Origin: an uncultured Candidatus Marinamargulisbacteria bacterium
GTDB lineage: Bacteria; Margulisbacteria; Riflemargulisbacteria; GWF2-35-9; DYQY01
Reading direction: 5' to 3'
Assembly (NCBI GenBank): GCA_964429235.1
Contig: CAYSAQ010000001.1
Location: forward strand, 266,045-330,044
DNA: 64,000 nucleotides
Every line of letters begins with the position of its first letter. The stretch's first letter is position 1. Shown here piece after piece: positions 16,326-26,767 of the stretch. Position numbers and translations under genes: made by a program. The notes under the pieces were generated by a model that saw only the letters and a list, made by a program, of their open reading frames with translations, did not search any database and had not been told where the DNA came from.

Positions 16326-17705
16326 ATGCAGGACAATCAGGTTAATCTAGAAGAAATCCAACAAATTTTAATATCAGGAACTTTAACTGATATTAGATTA
16401 TTAGTTGCAGAAGTTCACCAAGCAGATATCGCTGATGCGCTTGAAGCCATGAACAGAGAAAACCGTATTACTTTCTTTAAAAAAGTTAAGCCAGAGATCA
16501 TTAAAGAGGTTTTTGAGGAAATAGAACACCCTATTCAGGCTGAACTAGTAAAAAAGCTATCTCGCATCAAAGTAACAGAACTGATTGACCATCTAGATGC
16601 CGATGATGCAGCTGATTTAATCCTGAACATCCAAGAAGAAGATGAAACATTGGCTGAAAATATTTTAAAATCACTTAAAGAACGAATCGAAATTCAAAAA
16701 CTTCTGAAATATGAAGAACATACTGCTGGAAGTATCATGAATCCAGACTTTATAGCTATCCCTGAGAATTTGACTGTAAAACAAGCTATATTACTATTCA
16801 AAAAAGCAAATCCATCTGATGAGGAATTTGTTTACTATATATATATTATTGATGATGCTGGCGTGCTGCAAGGAATTACCAACTTAAAAGACCTTATACT
16901 TGCTAACCCAACAACACACATTGAAACACTCAGAGATGAGAACTTCCAATCTGTATATGTAAATATTGACCAAGAAGAAGCTGCAAATATGATATCGAAA
17001 TATGACCTTGTCGAACTTCCAGTAGTAGATGATAACAATAAAATGATTGGTATTATTACTGTTGATGACGTTGTTGATATTATGAGAGAAGAAGCTACAG
17101 AGGATTTCCTGAAATTATCAGGCACCACCACAGGTGAATTAGACGAAGAAACACTCCTTAGTGGCAACATATTTAACTCAGCAAAAACTAGATTGCGTTG
17201 GCTCATGCTTACTATGGTCGGAGGGCTACTTTCTGGTAGCATACTCGCATATTTCACTGTTACATTTAAAGACATTGATTTATCACTACCTATTATTCTC
17301 AGCTTCATTCCATTACTTATTGGTATTGGCGGTAATGTAGGGAATCAAGCAGCAACAATAATGGTACGCGGACTAGCAACAGGACATATAAGACCTCACT
17401 CTGTTATGAAAAACATCTACAGAGAAATGGGGATCAGTATAATTATTGCTTTTGGCGTATCAATTAGCCTCTTTATTATTACGTTTATACTTTTCAAAAC
17501 ACCAATATATGGATCAATGATTGGAATCGCTATACTCTTAAACATTATTCTTAGTTCTGCCTTTGGCATTACATTACCCCTATTATTCAACAAAGTAGGA
17601 ATTGACCCAGCTATTGCCTCTGCTCCATTCATTTCAACTACAATTGATGTAGCTGGTCTAGCCATATACTTTATTGTTCTATCTACTACTTTATACTTTA
17701 TCTAA
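16326..17705 (+). CDS. mgtE: magnesium transporter MgtE
   Basis: 459 aa with an N-domain, a CBS pair (GVLQGITNLKDL, IGIITVDDVVD) and a C-terminal 5-TM domain containing GNVGNQ. Confidence 0.9.
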   Translation: MQDNQVNLEEIQQILISGTLTDIRLLVAEVHQADIADALEAMNRENRITFFKKVKPEIIKEVFEEIEHPIQAELVKKLSRIKVTELIDHLDADDAADLILNIQEEDETLAENILKSLKERIEIQKLLKYEEHTAGSIMNPDFIAIPENLTVKQAILLFKKANPSDEEFVYYIYIIDDAGVLQGITNLKDLILANPTTHIETLRDENFQSVYVNIDQEEAANMISKYDLVELPVVDDNNKMIGIITVDDVVDIMREEATEDFLKLSGTTTGELDEETLLSGNIFNSAKTRLRWLMLTMVGGLLSGSILAYFTVTFKDIDLSLPIILSFIPLLIGIGGNVGNQAATIMVRGLATGHIRPHSVMKNIYREMGISIIIAFGVSISLFIITFILFKTPIYGSMIGIAILLNIILSSAFGITLPLLFNKVGIDPAIASAPFISTTIDVAGLAIYFIVLSTTLYFI

Positions 17706-18299
17706 ATGAACACTATTCCAGAAGATATTAGCCATATATTATTATTTGCTGAGAAAAGAGAAGCAAAATACTTCATTAACAAAGCAAAGAAAATTAACGA
17801 TCATCTGTTTGTGAAAAATATAAAAAATAAAAATATATTAATAATCATTACTGGTGTTGGAAAAAATGCTATAAAAAGAACTATAAAAAATCAGAAAGAT
17901 ATAATTGATGCAGCAAACTGCAAAAGCATAATTAACCTAGGCAATGCTGGCAGCCTAATTGCTATTCCAAAATCAACAATACTAACTATTGGCCATATAA
18001 TTGGAAGAAATGGGAAAGATTCATTTCAACTAATGCAAAAAAACCATTTCACAAACGTAACTGTGAACAGTTTACAAGATAAAATACAGCTAGCTAATCA
18101 ATATAAAAATGCTCATACAGTTGATATGGAATTATTCCACTTAGCCGAAGTATTCCCCTGGATAGTTTCTCATAAAATTATTCTAGATACTTTTAAAATG
18201 AATCCCAAAACACTTCTATTCAGATTAAAGCTTCCTTTTTTAATCAAGAAAAACAGCAAACTTCTTTATAGCTTTTTCATAAATAAATATTTAACATAA
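17706..18299 (+). CDS. nucleoside phosphorylase/nucleosidase superfamily protein (Pfs/MqnB-like)
   Basis: 197 aa with IITGVGKNAIK, NLGNAGSL and VDMELFHLAEV, resembling PNP_UDP_1 family motifs. Its start directly abuts the mgtE stop. Confidence 0.5.
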   Translation: MNTIPEDISHILLFAEKREAKYFINKAKKINDHLFVKNIKNKNILIIITGVGKNAIKRTIKNQKDIIDAANCKSIINLGNAGSLIAIPKSTILTIGHIIGRNGKDSFQLMQKNHFTNVTVNSLQDKIQLANQYKNAHTVDMELFHLAEVFPWIVSHKIILDTFKMNPKTLLFRLKLPFLIKKNSKLLYSFFINKYLT

Positions 18300-18301
18300 A
18301 C

Positions 18302-18331
18302 AAAAACCCTCTCCAAATGGAGAGGGTTTTT
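18302..18331. terminator. Bidirectional rho-independent terminator between convergent genes
   Basis: aaaaa-CCCTCTCC-aaat-GGAGAGGG-ttttt: an 8-bp GC-rich stem flanked by an A-run and a T-run. Confidence 0.85.
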
Positions 18332-18361
18332 GTTTATATAGTAACTTTAGGAGATTGAGGG

Positions 18362-19867
18362 TTACTCTACCAAACTGTTTCCGGTAAGAGTATCCAGTTT
18401 ATCCAATGCTGATAATGGATTGTTTTGAACAGATTGTTTTTCTGACTCTGTCTGAGCTTCTTGCTCCGCAATCAAAGCTAATTGTTCATCTAGATTTGCT
18501 CTCTGTGTTTTAGTCATATTATCTCGGTAGTTATTATCTGCAATGTCCATAATTACTTTATTACCTTTGAACGTAGCTAAAACATCGTCAAATAATCCTC
18601 TATACAAATCTCTATCTTTATATTTAATAAAGAAATCAATAGCTGCAAAATAAAGCATAGGATATCTATAACCAGACAATCTTTTTTGTAAAATTAAAGC
18701 TTTGCGAAGAGATCTTTTACCCTCATCAACATTACCTATCTTATCTTGCATTCTTGCTATCTGCACATATAATAGTAAGTCGTTCTTCTCCATTAATGCC
18801 TTTTTATACTCAAACAACGCCTCTTCATACTTTTGTTGCATTCTATAATCATAAGCATTAACCTGGGGATCAATAATCTCTATATCTGCTGATGCCTTTA
18901 ATGGCTGTAACCATTTTTGAACTGCCTCTTGCTGTTTCTGCTGCAAAATTTGTTGGTCAATCTGCTCATCAGTAATATTTACAGGAATATCTTTTTCTCT
19001 TTTTTCCTCTACAAGCAAAATATGATATCCAAACATTGTCTTAATTGGGCCACCAATCTCACCCGGCATTAACTTATACAGCATTTTTTCAAATTCAGGA
19101 ACCATCTGTCCACGACTGATCCAACCAAGATCTCCACCTTTTTTAGCAGAAGCAGTATCTTCAGAATACTTCTCCGCAATAGCAGCAAAGTTTTTCTTAT
19201 TTGATAGGATCATTTCATAAATAGACTCTGCTTTTTTCAGTTTCTTCAAATCTTCTTCCATATTCTCAGTTGTGTTATCAACTTTAATCAAAATATGTCT
19301 TGCTTTAATCTCTGTAAAAGCCAATTTTCTATCTATCGGAGTTACTCTTACTCTGCTCGTAATACCATTTAAAAACTTTGAAACCATGATTTCGTTTTTC
19401 TGCTGCTCTTTAAAATCTTTCCATTCAACATTGTTTTCTTTTAACAACTTCTTGAATTTACCCATACTTGTAAGTCCATAGGCTTTTACAATCTGGTCCA
19501 TTCTATAGTTGAACTCTTGTGGGAAAGCTTTAATACCTTCTTCTTTTGCCTCTTTTAACATCAACATATGTGACACTGTTTCTTGAAATGACTGGTACCT
19601 ATAATAGTCAATGATATCAGGGTCAAGAACCATCCTTTGTTCAGCCGGAACACTCGAAAATAATTGATTGAACTGACGGTTATAATAATATGCATCTATT
19701 GGCTCTCCATTTAGTAATCCTAACTGAGAATAAGCTAACTCCTGCTGAGTATTACTATCTCCTCTATTCAAGAACGAATAAGCGCCAACGCCTAACATAG
19801 AAAACACAAACAAAGACACAGTAATAAACAAAATCTCTCGTGACCTTTCTCTCATAAAATTTAACAT
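18362..19867 (-). CDS. PpiC/parvulin-type peptidyl-prolyl isomerase, membrane-anchored (PpiD/SurA-like)
   Basis: 501 aa with an N-terminal TM helix and a parvulin domain (ARHILIKV...GGDLGWISRGQMVPEFE...FGYHILLVEEK). The helical C-terminal region looks TPR-like. Confidence 0.8.
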   Translation of the reverse strand: MLNFMRERSREILFITVSLFVFSMLGVGAYSFLNRGDSNTQQELAYSQLGLLNGEPIDAYYYNRQFNQLFSSVPAEQRMVLDPDIIDYYRYQSFQETVSHMLMLKEAKEEGIKAFPQEFNYRMDQIVKAYGLTSMGKFKKLLKENNVEWKDFKEQQKNEIMVSKFLNGITSRVRVTPIDRKLAFTEIKARHILIKVDNTTENMEEDLKKLKKAESIYEMILSNKKNFAAIAEKYSEDTASAKKGGDLGWISRGQMVPEFEKMLYKLMPGEIGGPIKTMFGYHILLVEEKREKDIPVNITDEQIDQQILQQKQQEAVQKWLQPLKASADIEIIDPQVNAYDYRMQQKYEEALFEYKKALMEKNDLLLYVQIARMQDKIGNVDEGKRSLRKALILQKRLSGYRYPMLYFAAIDFFIKYKDRDLYRGLFDDVLATFKGNKVIMDIADNNYRDNMTKTQRANLDEQLALIAEQEAQTESEKQSVQNNPLSALDKLDTLTGNSLVE

Positions 19868-19883
19868 TTAAATACCTCCCTAA

Positions 19884-20780
19884 TTACTTTTTTAATATAT
19901 TTTTCAATAAACTTTTTATCGAAAAGAAACTTGCACTCAAACTAACAGCTAAACCAATTGTAATAATAAAAATATTTAGTGAAACAAAACTCAAATGTTT
20001 AGTAAAAACATAAGCAAAATGAAAAACCTGCTGCATTTTATTATTAACTAAAAAGAAAACAATATTAATAATAATCACGGCAAACCCTGCTCCAAGCACC
20101 CCAAAAAACACTCCTTCTAGCACAAATACAGACCTAATAAAACCATTAGTAGCACCTACCAATTTCATTATCTTAACTTCTTTTTCTTTAGCAAGAATAG
20201 TTATATTAATCGTACTAGAAATAATAAGAAATGTTGCAACTAACAACAAGATAACAATTGTTGCCCCTACATAATTAAAAAGCTTCACAACGCTCTTAAA
20301 CCTACTAACAAATGTCTTACCATATCTAATATCCTGAACATCCTTAATTAACTTAAGTTCTTTAACTACTTCTTGTATATAATTCACTGATTCTAATTTT
20401 ATAACTATTAAATCTGGCAAAGGGTTAGAGGGGACTAACTCAATAATTTCCTTTTGATACTGCAACTTACTCTTTAAATCATTCCATGCATCTTCTCTAG
20501 AAATTAAAGATAAAGATTTAACGCCTTTAATTGTTTTTATTTGATCTCTTATACTCAACACTCTCTCTTGCGTTGCATTTCTTTCTAAATAAACTGAAAC
20601 ATTTAAATCATAACTAACGGTCTTAATCATTGAATTTAAATTCATGAAAATTATTAGAAACATTGCTAAAATAGATAACGAAACGGTAATTGTTATAAAT
20701 GACAAAAATGCCATTAAGGAATTCTGCTTAACAGAAATAAATGCTTCTTCCATTAAAAACTTTAATATTCTAAAGTTCAT
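19884..20780 (-). CDS. ftsX: cell division permease FtsX
   Basis: Four TM helices plus a periplasmic domain, directly downstream of ftsE. I place the start at MNFRILKF (20780); the ORF track extends to 20822 inside ftsE. Confidence 0.85.
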   Translation of the reverse strand: MNFRILKFLMEEAFISVKQNSLMAFLSFITITVSLSILAMFLIIFMNLNSMIKTVSYDLNVSVYLERNATQERVLSIRDQIKTIKGVKSLSLISREDAWNDLKSKLQYQKEIIELVPSNPLPDLIVIKLESVNYIQEVVKELKLIKDVQDIRYGKTFVSRFKSVVKLFNYVGATIVILLLVATFLIISSTINITILAKEKEVKIMKLVGATNGFIRSVFVLEGVFFGVLGAGFAVIIINIVFFLVNNKMQQVFHFAYVFTKHLSFVSLNIFIITIGLAVSLSASFFSIKSLLKNILKK

Positions 20781-21447
20781 GATAGCTCCCCATCTGTTGA
20801 TCTCTGATAACATTGCCACCATGTAAGGCTATTACTCTTTTCCTCATAAGGTCTACAACCGTCTTATCATGCGTAGCTACTACCACAGTTGTATTAGTTA
20901 AATTAATCTTTGAAATAATCTGAATAATCTCCAATGATGCATCTGGATCTAAATTTCCTGTTGGCTCGTCTGCTAATAGGATATGCGGCTTATTAATAAT
21001 TGCCCTCGCAATACAAGCTTTCTGTTGCTCTCCTCCTGATAGTTGGTAAGGATAACAATGAAGCTTGTTCTCTAAACCTACCGTCTCGACGACTCTATCA
21101 ATTTTCTCTTGAATTACCTTCTTTTTCTCACCCTGAATCTTTAGGACATACGCTAAATTTTCATATATTGTTCTATTAAGTATCTTAAAATCTTGAAATA
21201 CAAACCCCATATTTTTTCGTAAATTAGAAACCTGTCTTTCGGAGAAGTCGTTAATATTTGTCATGCCAACATAAATGCTACCAGAATCAGGTTTGTCTTC
21301 TCTTGTTAATAGATTTAACAACGTAGTTTTACCAGCACCTGTCTGGCCTACAAGAAATACAAATTCATCTTTTGCTATATGTAAATTAATATGGTTGAGT
21401 ACTGTTAGGTCTTGATACTTTTTAGTAACGTTTCTTAATCGAATCAC
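20770..21447 (-). CDS. ftsE: cell division ATP-binding protein FtsE
   Basis: 225 aa with Walker A GQTGAGKTT, the ABC signature LSGGEQQK and Walker B ILLADEPT. Confidence 0.9.
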   Translation of the reverse strand: MIRLRNVTKKYQDLTVLNHINLHIAKDEFVFLVGQTGAGKTTLLNLLTREDKPDSGSIYVGMTNINDFSERQVSNLRKNMGFVFQDFKILNRTIYENLAYVLKIQGEKKKVIQEKIDRVVETVGLENKLHCYPYQLSGGEQQKACIARAIINKPHILLADEPTGNLDPDASLEIIQIISKINLTNTTVVVATHDKTVVDLMRKRVIALHGGNVIRDQQMGSYHEL

Positions 21448-22398
21448 TTATTTTCGTGAGATAACGGCTAATGCCTTGTTTACAATTCCGTCCACAGTTA
21501 AGTTATGCTTTTCAAGAAGCTCATTTGGTTTTCCACTTTCGCCAAATACACCTTCAACTCCGAGCATCTCCATTGGAACTGGGCATGTTTTGATTACTAC
21601 TTCAGCAACTGCACTACCCATACCACCAACAACTGTATGTTCTTCAGCTGTAACAATAGCACCTGTCTTCTTAGCCATTGCACAAACATTATCCTCATCC
21701 ATTGGTTTTATTGAAGATACATTTACAACTGCTGCATTAATATTATGATCTTTTTTTAATACCTCAGCTGCATCTAAAGAAAGTTTAACCATGATTCCAC
21801 AAGCCATTATTGCGACATCTAATCCTTCCCTAAGAACATTATTCTTGCCTAGTTCAAATTTAAAATTTTCGACATCAAATACAAGCGGAGTTGCGCCTCT
21901 ACTCATCCTTACATAATAAGGACCTGGCTGGTCAGCAACATACTTAACCATTGTTTCTGCTTCTATAGCATCAGCAGGAACTAATACTTTCATATTAGGA
22001 AGAACTCTCATTAAAGTAATATCCTCTAATGCTTGGTGTGATGCACCATCTTCACCAACAGTAATCCCAGCGTGCGTAGCACATATTTTCACATTTAATC
22101 TTGGATAACAGATAGAGTTCCTAATTTGTTCCCATGGTCTGCCAGTAACAAACATAGAAAAAGAACTAGCAAATACTGTCTTACCCATACAAGCTAACCC
22201 TGCGGCCATCCCTATTAAATTTTGCTCGGCAATTCCTGCATTAAAAAATCTATCAGGAAATTTTGCTGCAAACTTTGCTGTTCTTGTAGAACAAGACAAA
22301 TCTGCATCTAATACAACTACATCTTTATTGGTTTCTCCTAGAGCTATCAATGCTTTAGCATAATGATCTCTAGTAGCTGCTGATTCTAACATCCACAT
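21448..22398 (-). CDS. transketolase, C-terminal (pyrimidine-binding) subunit
   Basis: 316 aa with FNAGIAEQN and EDGASHQALEDI. It is paired with the N-terminal subunit gene upstream. Confidence 0.9.
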   Translation of the reverse strand: MWMLESAATRDHYAKALIALGETNKDVVVLDADLSCSTRTAKFAAKFPDRFFNAGIAEQNLIGMAAGLACMGKTVFASSFSMFVTGRPWEQIRNSICYPRLNVKICATHAGITVGEDGASHQALEDITLMRVLPNMKVLVPADAIEAETMVKYVADQPGPYYVRMSRGATPLVFDVENFKFELGKNNVLREGLDVAIMACGIMVKLSLDAAEVLKKDHNINAAVVNVSSIKPMDEDNVCAMAKKTGAIVTAEEHTVVGGMGSAVAEVVIKTCPVPMEMLGVEGVFGESGKPNELLEKHNLTVDGIVNKALAVISRK

Positions 22399-23231
22399 AC
22401 TCCATTTATTTTATCTAATTCACTACAAGCTTCTACCTTCTGATCATCATTACAAGGAGCTCCGTGAAAACAAAGCTGTCCTTCCATAAATGAAACACCT
22501 TTACCTTTAACAGTATCAGCAACAATTGCAACAGGCTTTCCTTTAATAGAATCTGCCTTAACAAGCGCATCATCAATGTCCTGAAAACAATGACCATCAA
22601 TCTCGAATACTTCCCAACCGAAAGCTCTGAACTTATCAGCTATAGGGTCAATGCCCATAATGTCTTCAATAGCTCCATCGATTTGAAGTTTATTATTATC
22701 TATAAATGCACAAAGGTTATCACATTTGTAATGAGCAGCAGACATAGCAGCTTCCCAAACCTGACCTTCTTGCAATTCGCCATCACCTAAAACAGCATAA
22801 ACTCTATTAGGCTTCTTATCTAGCTTCAAAGCTAGTGACATTCCAACAGAAGCTGAAAGGCCTTGACCTAACGATCCTGTAGACATTTCGATACCAGGAA
22901 TAGCGTTTTTATCAGGGTGTCCTTGTAACCTAGACCCAACCTGCCTAAGTGTTTTCAATTCTTCCTCTGGAAAGAACCCTCTTACTGCCATTGCAGAATA
23001 AAGTGCAGGCGCAGCGTGTCCTTTACAAAGAACAAAAATATCTCTGTCTTCTTTTTTAGGCTGCTTTGGATCAATATTCATCCACTTAAAGTATAAGTGA
23101 GTGATAATATCGGCCATCGACATGGAGCCGCCAGGATGCCCAGATTTTGCCGCATGTGTCATTTCCACAATATGCTTACGAATCTTGCCTGCTACGGACT
23201 GAAGTTTTTCTAGTTGAATTTCATCTATCAT
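22386..23231 (-). CDS. transketolase, N-terminal (TPP-binding) subunit
   Basis: 281 aa with SGHPGGSMS and GDGELQEGQVWEA. It overlaps the C-terminal subunit gene by 13 nt. Confidence 0.9.
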   Translation of the reverse strand: MIDEIQLEKLQSVAGKIRKHIVEMTHAAKSGHPGGSMSMADIITHLYFKWMNIDPKQPKKEDRDIFVLCKGHAAPALYSAMAVRGFFPEEELKTLRQVGSRLQGHPDKNAIPGIEMSTGSLGQGLSASVGMSLALKLDKKPNRVYAVLGDGELQEGQVWEAAMSAAHYKCDNLCAFIDNNKLQIDGAIEDIMGIDPIADKFRAFGWEVFEIDGHCFQDIDDALVKADSIKGKPVAIVADTVKGKGVSFMEGQLCFHGAPCNDDQKVEACSELDKINGVCGC

Positions 23232-23241
23232 TATTATTCGG

Positions 23242-24258
23242 CTATTTTAACAGTATTTTCTGAATATCAAAATAAGAAATATATATAACGAATAATATTA
23301 ATATAAAAAAGCCTGCTAAATGGATTCGAGACTCTATTGATCTAGACATCTTTTCTCCTAATATTTTATCTAAAATAGCAATAAAAATCCTGCCTCCATC
23401 TAAAGCTGGGATAGGTAATAGATTAATAACCGCAAGGTTTATGCTAAGTAATGCCAAGAACCCAAAGAAATACACAAACCCAAAAGAAGCTGCTTGCCCT
23501 GTTAAGGATATGATACCCACGGGGCCATAAACCTGATCAAGTGAAACTTCTCTAGTAATTAGCAAAGACAAGCCTTGAAAGATAGATTTAACCAACTGCG
23601 CACTTTGCAATGTTGCCACTTCTAAAGATTTCACTATTGAAAATGCACCATTTCTACCTAACAAAAATCTAACCCCAATTACATATCTACCATTATCTTG
23701 CTCTGGGGTTACTGTAACTGTTCTTTTCATCTCACCTCTTCTTAGAACAAGCACTAATGCATCAGTGCCAGCTGAAGAAATAAGATTAGCCAATTCAGAA
23801 CCATTGCTAACTGAATAGTCATTTATAGATAAAACTTGATCACCTTTTAAAACACCAGATTGTTGTGCAGGGCTACCTTGATAAACATAATCTATAATAT
23901 TTGTTGAAACGGAAGGAACTCCCATAAAAAAAGTAATCATAAGGAATACTACCCAAGCAAATAAAAAATTGTAAAAAGATCCAGCAAAAAGTATCTTTAA
24001 TTTATTAAGAAAACTTATCTCTATATCAGAACTATTATCATTAACTGAATCCATGCCAGCTACTCGAACATACCCACCTAATGGAAGTAGTCTTAAAGAA
24101 AACTCGGTATCACCAAATTTTTTACTGAACAAGCTTTTGCCCATTCCAATAGAAAACTCATGTACCGGTATTCCTGCTGATCTAGCAGCAATAAAATGTC
24201 CTAGTTCGTGAACTACTATAATTATTGATAAACTTAATAATGCAAAAATTATGCTCAC
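23242..24258 (-). CDS. rseP: RIP (site-2) zinc metalloprotease RseP family (M50)
   Basis: 338 aa with VHELGHFIAAR (HExxH), an internal PDZ-like region and LLPIPALDGGR. Confidence 0.88.
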   Translation of the reverse strand: MSIIFALLSLSIIIVVHELGHFIAARSAGIPVHEFSIGMGKSLFSKKFGDTEFSLRLLPLGGYVRVAGMDSVNDNSSDIEISFLNKLKILFAGSFYNFLFAWVVFLMITFFMGVPSVSTNIIDYVYQGSPAQQSGVLKGDQVLSINDYSVSNGSELANLISSAGTDALVLVLRRGEMKRTVTVTPEQDNGRYVIGVRFLLGRNGAFSIVKSLEVATLQSAQLVKSIFQGLSLLITREVSLDQVYGPVGIISLTGQAASFGFVYFFGFLALLSINLAVINLLPIPALDGGRIFIAILDKILGEKMSRSIESRIHLAGFFILILFVIYISYFDIQKILLK

Positions 24259-25406
24259 GAAACAAACCTACTCATAAGCTTATAGCCTATAACAGTTTCA
24301 TCAGAATAAGTTTTAGCACAATTCTCTGTATATTCTGCTCCTTTATTATCTTTCAAATTTTTATTGTCATAAATAAGATATGGGACATCATCTCTAGAAT
24401 GCGTCTTGATCTCAATAGGTGTTGGGTGATCCGGAAGTATCAATAGTTTATACTCTTCCTGTTTTATCTCAGATAAAATAGTGCCAATTACTTTTTCATC
24501 AAAGTCTTCAATAGCTTTTACCTTTAGGTCTAAATCTCCTGTATGCCCAGCTTCATCAGGTGCCTCTACATGGATAAACACAATATCATAATCATTTAGA
24601 GCATCTAAAGCATACTGCGCCTTACCAACATAGTTGGTATCAACAAACCCCGTTATTCCAGGCACTGTAATATAATCCATGCCTGCTGCAAAACCTAAGC
24701 CCTTTACCAGGTCTACTGCTGTAATAACCGCGCCTTTAAGCCCATGTTTCGACTCAAAAGTCGGAATAGATAGTTTGGTTCCTTGACCCCAAAGCCAAAC
24801 CATATTAGCGCTTATATCTTCAGGCATAACGGTTGCGCTCTTATTCATAATATCTTTAATTAATGAGGAGTCACTGCCCTTTGGCAGATATCCAGAGATA
24901 TCTCGCCCTGTTATATCATGTGGGGGAGTTGTTTCTATATTAAAACTTGTATCTGTGATCTTAAGTAAATTTCTATAACTAACACCTGCATAGAACTCCA
25001 TATTATCCACATCTGCAATCATCGCATTTAATGATGAAATTGCTTTCTCGCCATCTTCACTAGAAATATGGCCAGCAGTAAAATCTTTCATCTTATTATC
25101 TTCAATGGTAACTAGGTTAGCTCTAAATACTGTATCACTATCAGCTAACTCAACACTTTGGGCAACTGCCTCAATAGGCGCTCTGCCTGTATAATAAACT
25201 TCAGGATCATAGCCAAACAATGAAAGGTTGCACACATCACTGCCTGGAGGTAACGAATCTGGAGTGTTCTTAGCCAAACCTATCTCACCTATTCGGGCTA
25301 TTAAATCTAGATTAGGGATATTGGCTAATTCTAAAGCCGTTTTACCTTCTTTGCTATCTGTAGTCCAACCGGACATACCGTCACCAATGATAACTATGTA
25401 TTTCAT
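24255..25406 (-). CDS. apgM: cofactor-independent phosphoglycerate mutase, archaeal-type (ApgM)
   Basis: 383 aa with MKYIVIIGDGMSG and HVEAPDEAGHTGD, the metalloenzyme motifs of the ApgM family. Confidence 0.85.
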   Translation of the reverse strand: MKYIVIIGDGMSGWTTDSKEGKTALELANIPNLDLIARIGEIGLAKNTPDSLPPGSDVCNLSLFGYDPEVYYTGRAPIEAVAQSVELADSDTVFRANLVTIEDNKMKDFTAGHISSEDGEKAISSLNAMIADVDNMEFYAGVSYRNLLKITDTSFNIETTPPHDITGRDISGYLPKGSDSSLIKDIMNKSATVMPEDISANMVWLWGQGTKLSIPTFESKHGLKGAVITAVDLVKGLGFAAGMDYITVPGITGFVDTNYVGKAQYALDALNDYDIVFIHVEAPDEAGHTGDLDLKVKAIEDFDEKVIGTILSEIKQEEYKLLILPDHPTPIEIKTHSRDDVPYLIYDNKNLKDNKGAEYTENCAKTYSDETVIGYKLMSRFVS

Positions 25407-25453
25407 GGTTTTATTATAAATGAAAATAGAGGGTTTGTCTTAAATTAGAACCA

Positions 25454-26719
25454 TTAATCTTGAGAATTATATAAACTAGAATTAGAGAGGCCAATCCCCT
25501 CCATTTCACGCAACTGCTCATTAATAATTTTCCCCAGATCATCTTTTTTTATATAATTTCTTGAAAAATCAAACATTGCTTCTTCAATTACCTTCTTATA
25601 GCCAGCTAACTTTGATATTAATTCTATTCTACCTTTTGCCTGATTCTGAGAATCTTCCATTATGCTTCCAACCTTCTTGATTACAGCTTTTATTTCAGCA
25701 GAAGATTTCTCTTCATCACCAACTACGCCTATCTCTTTAAGGTCATTAGCTAAAATCAAAAAAGTTGCTTCATCCTCACTTCCATTTACAGTTTGATACC
25801 TACAAATAACCTCACAGAGCAAACCCATATCATCTGTATCAACAAGGCTTACCTGAATATTAGAATTTGGATTGCTAAATAGATAAACACCTTCCTCTTC
25901 TTTCGATTCAAAAAAAGAACCCGTATGAGCAGAATCAATAACTTCTAAAGCAAACGAAATAGACGAATTTATATACTCTGATATCTGCATTATCAACCTT
26001 GCTGTTGATTGATTATGTACTGATGAATCAGCACTTAAAAAACTAAGAGAATTTTTGTTATCTTTTCTAAATACTTGAATAGCATTCTTAACATCAATAG
26101 CTTCTTCCATTGAAACCATTTTTAAAACAGACTCATTCAAGACGCTTAACTCAATATGTAAATTATTCATATACGCTGCAAGCTCATCCGACTCAACATA
26201 ACCGTCATCCCTATACAACTTAGGTAATGTTGACTTTAATCCCATTCCAGCACTAAACCTTATAGGCAAATGAGTTTTCTCATTCATTACAGAGATATTG
26301 CCAACAAGATGCTCCGACTCATGAAACAAGTGCTGCGTTAACCTCAACTTAATAAAATCAAGTTCCTGAATAAACATTTTTGTTGATATGCAAATATTAT
26401 TATTCCCCAAATCACAATGGTCAAAATCACTTTCTGACATAAATGGAGGAATAACTATACTATAATCAAACTCGGCACCAACTCGATTATTGATAAGACT
26501 ATGAACATTTTGAAACAATGCAGAAACATAGGATTTGTCGTCATTATTTTGGCCAATAACTATCGTCCCGTTTGGGATTATCTTAAAATCACTGACACCC
26601 AATAGTTGCAATCTTTCACCTATCGCAACCGCAACCTCCATAGGTGATGCTTTTGATTGCATTGCCAGAATGATATTCGGAACAATATTTTTACTCATTG
26701 CTACTATTTTCTTTCTCAT
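25454..26719 (-). CDS. hypothetical protein with a single HExxH motif
   Basis: 421-aa ORF with LTQHLFHESEHLVG. I see no signal peptide or TM segment and recognise no family. Confidence 0.55.
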   Translation of the reverse strand: MRKKIVAMSKNIVPNIILAMQSKASPMEVAVAIGERLQLLGVSDFKIIPNGTIVIGQNNDDKSYVSALFQNVHSLINNRVGAEFDYSIVIPPFMSESDFDHCDLGNNNICISTKMFIQELDFIKLRLTQHLFHESEHLVGNISVMNEKTHLPIRFSAGMGLKSTLPKLYRDDGYVESDELAAYMNNLHIELSVLNESVLKMVSMEEAIDVKNAIQVFRKDNKNSLSFLSADSSVHNQSTARLIMQISEYINSSISFALEVIDSAHTGSFFESKEEEGVYLFSNPNSNIQVSLVDTDDMGLLCEVICRYQTVNGSEDEATFLILANDLKEIGVVGDEEKSSAEIKAVIKKVGSIMEDSQNQAKGRIELISKLAGYKKVIEEAMFDFSRNYIKKDDLGKIINEQLREMEGIGLSNSSLYNSQD

Positions 26720-26767
26720 ATATAAAATATGCCCAAAAATAATAAATTTAAACGGATTATTTAAAGA

